Shown here: positions 41,901 through 47,319 of the stretch, piece after piece | Position numbering within the stretch: the stretch's first letter is position 1 | How the letters are laid out: each line of letters begins with the position of its first letter | Source of the DNA: Rhizaria sp. SCN 62-66 | Taxonomy: Eukaryota | Direction: 5' to 3' | Length of the DNA stretch: 47,319 bases | Assembly: GCA_001724265.1 (NCBI GenBank) | Contig: MEDY01000241.1 | Span: 1 to 47,319, forward strand | Made by a program: the position numbers and the translations under genes | The notes under the pieces: model-generated | Database searches by the model: none | Told to the model about the DNA's origin: nothing | The model's input: only the letters and a program-made list of their open reading frames with translations

Positions 41901-43853
41901 CTCGAGATCCGCGTCGCGGGGCTCTCGCACCGGCTGCCCGCGCTTGTTGCCACGTCCGTGCGCACGCTGCTCGCGGTCCGTGCCCGCCTCGCGGCCGCCG
42001 TGGAGCGTGGCGACGGGCCCCAGGGCGCGCCCGTGCCCGCGGGCGGCCGCGCGCGCGACTGGGACATCGTCCCGCGGCTACTCAACCTGCGCACCGACGT
42101 TGCGCGGTACTTTGCGCACATGCATTTTGACCCCGCGGACACGACGTCGTATATGCGGCTCCTTGTGCTGCAGCAAAACCGCTTCAGCGGGACGGACCTG
42201 GTGGCCGCCGCTCTCACGGCGAGCGGGCGTGCCGAGGACGTCCCCGCCGCCGTCGCTGCTGCCGCGGCGAACCCGGACGTGAAGCCCGCTACGCATATCA
42301 CGCCGGAGGGATTTTTGGCGTTCCTGGACGAGTTCATGGGCGCTGGGCTGTCGGCCGTGATGTTCGTGCACGGCAACTACGCCCCCGAACAGGCCACTGC
42401 ACTCTTCGGCGAAGTCACCGCGATGTTGGGGCTCGAGGAGGTCTCTGACACCGAGACCGCTGAGATTTCGAAGACCGCGTTCTCTGCTCCCGCTGCCGAT
42501 GAGACTGTTGTTGACGAGCACACGCTCTGCCGCGGCGAGGCCATGCTCCAACTTGTACGCCACTCGTCACTTTTCTGAAATTATTGTATTTTATTTTTTT
42601 TGTAATTTTTTTTGTAATGACATTTTCGAGTCAACACGTTTTTCACGTATCTTGTCCTGCATAAATTTTTTTTGTCGCTTTCTTTTCGTGTAGCCCCCCG
42701 GCGTCACGACGACCCTGTCTGCGCGCGTCCGCAACCCGACCGAGCCCGCATCGTGCGTCAACGTCTACCACAACGTTGGCTGCTTCTCCCCGCGCCTCGC
42801 CGCCGCACTGGCCGTGGTCGACGCCGCGGCGTCCGAGCCGGCCTTCAACCAGCTCCGCACCAAGGAGCAGCTCGGCTACTCCGTCTCCGTCAACAGTATC
42901 CCGTTGCAGTCGCAGTTGGGGCTGGCGGTCGAAGTCACCTCGTCCTCGCACTCGGTCGCGCACGTGTTGCGGTCTATCGACGCATTTTTGACCAGTTTCC
43001 GCCCCACGCTCGTGGCGACGTGGCGTGCACACACGGCCAGTCTGCTCAACTCGTTTGCCACGCCAGACGTGGCGCTCAGCGATGTCAACATGCGCGTCTG
43101 GGTACGGACATTTCACTCGCATATCATTGCACAATGACGTCTAATTAACGATATTTGGTTTTGTTCTTTGTATTTAGTATTTGAATATTGGTTTTTGCGC
43201 TCTTTTTATATCTGTTGACTTTTCGCTAATAATATCGCGCATTTGCATTATATCTCCCTTGTTTCGCGCTCAGTCCGAGATCTCGTCCCGTTCTTTCGTG
43301 TTCGACCGCGCTGTCCGCACGTGCCGCGCGCTGACCTCGCTGACTGTGCGCGACGTCGCCGCGCTCTTCGACGCCGTTGTACTGGGCGTCAACGCCGCCC
43401 CCGCGCTCACAGTGCCGCTCGACTCCACTGTGTCTGAGGGCGGCGAGAACGACGAAAACAAGACTGCTGCCGTGTGCGAGAGTGCGAGCGACGCCCCGGA
43501 GCGTCTGGCTGCGCTTATGGGTCCCGTCGACTGCACACGCTTCCGCTCCTACGCCGCGAACCCCCGCATCCGCAGCGCGCGCGTGCGCCACACGCTGGGC
43601 TCGTGCTGCATGCGCGCCGTCCCGGCCGCTGACCGCGCGGCTGTCGAGAGCTCCGCCGTGCCCGCGGTCGGCGCGTCCCCCGCCGAGGCCGCGGCCGTGG
43701 CGGCGGCGCGCGATGGCACGCTGGCGCTGGGCCGCGCGCGGCTCATCACGGTTGCGTACGGCGCCGGGGACGCGGAGGGCGCGCTCGCGAATGTGGGCCC
43801 GCTGCCCACAGTCGCTCACGGCCACAACAACCACGGCGACGCTGCCGGTGCTC

Positions 43854-43884
<31 letters not shown>

Positions 43885-44212
43885 AGATGCGCATCACCAC
43901 GACGAAGACGAAGACGAGGATGGGCACGGTGGTGAGGAGGATGAGGACCAGAGTCTCAGCTGCAGCCGCAGCCATAGCCGCGGCGACAGCGACGGGGACG
44001 GCGATTACAGCGAGGACGAGAGCGGCGCGTTGTCGCCCGGCGTGGACACCGAGGAGGACGCCGCCAAGGTGGCCGCGGACGCGGCTGCGTGCCCGCCGCT
44101 GGACATGACTGCGGTGGCGGCGCTGCAGGCGCGTGAAACGGCGCTGGCGCTGTCGGAGGCGCTGCCAGCGGCGATCTACGCGTTTAAGACTGGGCTCGAG
44201 CGCCGTAACTGA
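38980..44212 (+). CDS. M16A metallopeptidase, nardilysin/insulysin-like, 4 exons, ~1598 aa
   Basis: GLAHFLEHMLFMGSGKYP (inverted HxxEH at 39364-39378), HGGYSNASTD, WGNIDSL, IGHEAEGSLL, PAPNEFIATDF, EPAFNQLRTKEQLGY, WSEISSRSFVFDR. Exons 38980-39810, 39936-42554, 42694-43101 and 43274-44212; all three introns are phase 0, GTACG...AG; stop TGA. Confidence 0.93.
40905..40934 (+). repeat. (GAYGAG)5 repeat encoding DEDEDEDEDE in the M16A peptidase
   Basis: Visible hexanucleotide repeat; a similar, longer acidic tract lies at ~43856-43950. Confidence 0.9.
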
Positions 44213-44682
44213 TGACGATTGGGAGAATATGTGCGAGTCAGCTGGCGAGATGTGTGTGCTGAACCAGAGATGGGAGTCCAGGCTCGGTATGACGTGAAAG
44301 TGGAAGTTTGTGGCTGGAATGATGAGATGCGGTTTGGCACTCGTCAAATTCGTAATACAGATCTTCTTGGTCAATATATGAAGCTTTGCATGCATCGTTC
44401 AAAATAAGTTTGTATTAGAAGCAGTGAAGTACAGAATGAGATTAATTAACGATTAATTAACGACAATGATAAAGGTTAAACAGAGTGAGATGTGGCGATA
44501 GACCACAATCGTCGCAGCGTTAAGAACACATTTTTTTAAGAACACTGTTTGTTTTTTCTCGAATAAACGTATATGTGTACGCACATAACGTGTTTCAAAA
44601 AAGACATGGAAGAACTCCGGTCTAAATTTCAATGTGATAAGCTTGTGATGAGCTTACTATTTTACTCGTTACGGGTCTAAAG

Positions 44683-47319
44683 TTAGTCACAGTTTCCCTC
44701 GTCATCCTCGGCAGGATTGCCTGAGTCAGCCGCGGCAGCGGCGCTGGCGCCAGTGGGCGCGCGGCGCACGAGTACCCTGCGCACGACCTTGCGCTTCTTC
44801 TTCTTCTCCGGGTCTACGACTCCGGCTGCGTCGGCCGCGGCTGGCGCGGCAGCAGCATCAGCTGGAGCAGCAGCGGGCGCAGCGGCAATAGGGGCAGCAA
44901 CAGGAACAGGAGCGGCAGCAACAGAAGAATCAACAGCGACAGCGGGAGCAGCATTGGCAGCGACAGCGGGAGCAGCAGCAGCAACAGGGGCAGCTGCAAC
45001 AGGAACAGGGGTTGCCACGCCCTCCACAGCGGCACTAGAGGCCGTGCTGGCCGTCGGGCTACTGCTTTGCGCGGACGCCGCAGCACCGGGAGACGCCGCC
45101 GCGCTAGGAGCGTTAGTTCCACTGCCCCTGGCCGTGGACCGCTTGGTCACAGTGAGTTTCTTCTTTGCAGCCGTTGTTGCAACGGGAGAGCTGGCAGAGC
45201 CCTTATCGATGATATCGGTGCCGCGGTAGGCAATGTGCACGGCGTCATGACGGTCGTCATCGTCGTTGGTCTCCGCATTGGTCTCGCGCGCGGGGCCTGC
45301 AACAGGGGCTACGGCGCGCACCGCGACCGGGGCGACGATGGGCACGGCGACGGAGGTGGCGGGCGCCGCGGCGGGCTTAACAACCGGAGACGCCACAGAG
45401 GCAGCAACAGGGACAGCGGAGCGCGCGGCAACAGGCGTGGCAACACTGGCAGCAACAGGTGTTGCAGTGCGTGCAGCGACAGGCGTCGCAGCGGGGGTGA
45501 CGACAGGAAGGGCGATCGCAACTTGAGCGGGGTCGGCAGCGTGCCCGCCCGTCTCCACGTCGTCATCATCGTTGTCGTAGCCGTGGATGTTGATTGGGGA
45601 GGGAGCACAGGCAATGACAACGACCTCAACGGGAGCGGGAATGGGGGCGCTAGAGGGGGGGGCGATATCCTTCTTATCGCCCTTGTCGGCGTCGGCCTTG
45701 CGGCGGCAGCAGAGGCAGTACACGGCGATGATGATGATAACGATGAGCAAAATGCCACCAACAGCAGCGCCAATAACGACACCAATGTCAATGCCGCCAC
45801 CACTGCCGGACTTTGTGCCACTGGTGTTGCTGCCGCCGTTATTGGCTCCTCCGTCAACTGTGTCGTCGGTGTCGGCGCCACTGCCACTGCCGGTACCGGA
45901 GCCAGTACCACTGCCAGTGCCACTGCCAGTGCCACTGCCAGTGCCACTGCCGGTGTCAGTGCCGGTGTCAGTGCCACTGCCGGTGTCAGTGCCAGTACCG
46001 GGGCCAGCGGGAGCGCTACACATGGTGTTTGGCGTCAAAAATCCGGCACTGCATGTCCCGCTTTCGGCGCCCTTAACGTAGCAGCTCTTGGTGGCGGCGC
46101 AGTACGAGCAGCTGACCGAGGCCGTGCTGGCGGCCATGCACGAGGCGCAGAATCGGCGAGCGAGGTCGTGGTGGAGCTGCTGACCTGATTTGAAATAATG
46201 CTAACGTATTGCTGGTACAGCGCGCTGCTTGTCGCCGTGTCGGTAGTGCTGGCGCTCGAGTCAGCGCCAATGATGCGCATGTTAACCGTTACCACGGAGA
46301 AGTTGCGCGCCGTTGCGAGGGTTGAGAACGCGTACGGGCTCTCGTCTAAGCTGTGACCGGCAGCAACGCTGCTGTCTGTGAAGGATTTGGACGAAATGTA
46401 ACTCACCTGCACGCGCGTCGGACTGGTGTCGATTTTTGCGGCAATGTGGCTTGCTAGTAGCGTCTCAAATGCATTGACAATAGCGGTGTCGCTCTTGCTG
46501 GCCGGCGCAAGCTCGCCCTGGCCCGCCTTGCGCTCGATCAGCAGCTCGATGCGGTTGGTCTGCGTCGAGGCGTTGTTGGCGCCGCTGTCCGTTGACACGG
46601 GGTAGAAGCAGCCATCGAGGAAGTTGTACTTTGCCCCACTCCAGATATCGGCTTGATAGGACTTACTGTAGGAAAAGAGCGCAAAACCGGCATCAAAGTA
46701 GAGCTTAGACATGCCCATGTCGACGTCGAGGCGCACGTGGTGCGGCCGAGCGCAGCTACCGATTGTTGCCAGCGCGGGCGTGGCCGTCGTGTAGACGGGC
46801 AGGCCAGTGCTGTTGGCCTCGATGGAGGCGTTAACGTAGATGGACGAGTATAACCCGGCGTGCATGTAGTCTTGAGCGGAGAGCTTTAGACCGAGACCGA
46901 GATCAAACGTCACGTTGGCGCGCCCAGCCAGCTCGATGGTGCGCGTAAAGTCGGCGCTGATGGCGGGCTTCTTAACGTCGGGGCTGCCGTTGTTGATGAG
47001 GATGACCATCGGCTCTTGTGTCACATGGCCTATCAGGGCGAAGCGGCCCTGCATGTTTAGGTCGCCGCGCAGCGTGAGATTAAAAGTGGCGGCAAGTCCA
47101 ATCTGGAAGGTGACTCCGGCAAGCGAAAACGAGAAGCCGAGCAATGCCTGAGAGGCGCTGAAAATTTGCTTGTTGATTGTGGCAGTAATATCGGCTTTAG
47201 CTTCAAGGTTCATGCGGGCGACAATGGCACTGGTGGAAATGCGCGCCTGCAGCGTGTCATATGGAGACATGATCTCAAAAGCAACGGTCTCCGCGCGGGC
47301 GCCGCCATAAGCGTAGCAG
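44683..47319 (-). CDS. Type-I membrane/surface protein (beta-rich ectodomain, SEA-like segment, PSI-like Cys module, Gly/Thr/Ser stalk, TM helix, low-complexity tail); 5'-truncated, apparent frameshift near 46150
   Basis: Frame A is open from the window end to ~46150. Frame B continues CASCMAASTASVSCSYCAATKSCY..C..C, then GTGS repeats, the TM segment IGVVIGAAVGGILLIVIIIIAVYCLCC-RRK (~45700-45790) and a tail ending in TAA at 44685-44683. Confidence 0.7.
45878..46000 (-). repeat. Imperfect 6/12-nt tandem repeat encoding a GTGS/GTDT stalk
   Basis: Repeated CCACTGCCAGTG / CCGGTGTCAGTG units on the + strand, translating to GTGTDTGSGTDTGTDTGSGTGSGTGSGTGSGTGSGSG. Confidence 0.9.

Noticed and set aside
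44440-44463. Two tandem copies of GATTAATTAAC, with a nearby TTAAGAACAC duplication
   Set aside because: Only two copies, with no spacers, terminal inverted repeats or transposase; ordinary slippage, not CRISPR or a mobile element.

Overview
Gene-dense eukaryotic DNA, probably from a flagellated protist (inference). Exons are very GC-rich and Ala-rich, separated by short AT-rich spacers and 100-253 nt GT-AG introns. I can support 11 protein-coding loci: a giant CFAP46-like gene (5' end outside the window), USB1, TMEM138, an orphan low-complexity protein, a giant Dopey/DOP1, a bacterial-type GlnA4-like gamma-glutamyl ligase, VPS20/CHMP6, roadblock/LC7, PDI, a nardilysin/insulysin-like M16A peptidase, and a frameshifted type-I membrane protein (5' end outside the window). 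The main signal is that the CFAP46-like frame runs for 13.9 kb through three isolated in-frame TAG codons (116, 356, 8534), while none of the 11 genes ends in TAG. This suggests UAG is read as an amino acid while UAA/UGA remain stops; sequence error or pseudogenisation is not excluded. In addition, all nine visible start codons have a splice-acceptor-like YAG just upstream (spliced-leader trans-splicing or systematic 5'UTR introns), and all nine introns use a GT[A/C/G]CG donor. Homology calls come from motifs recognised by eye, not from database searches. I found no tRNA, rRNA, CRISPR array or mobile element.
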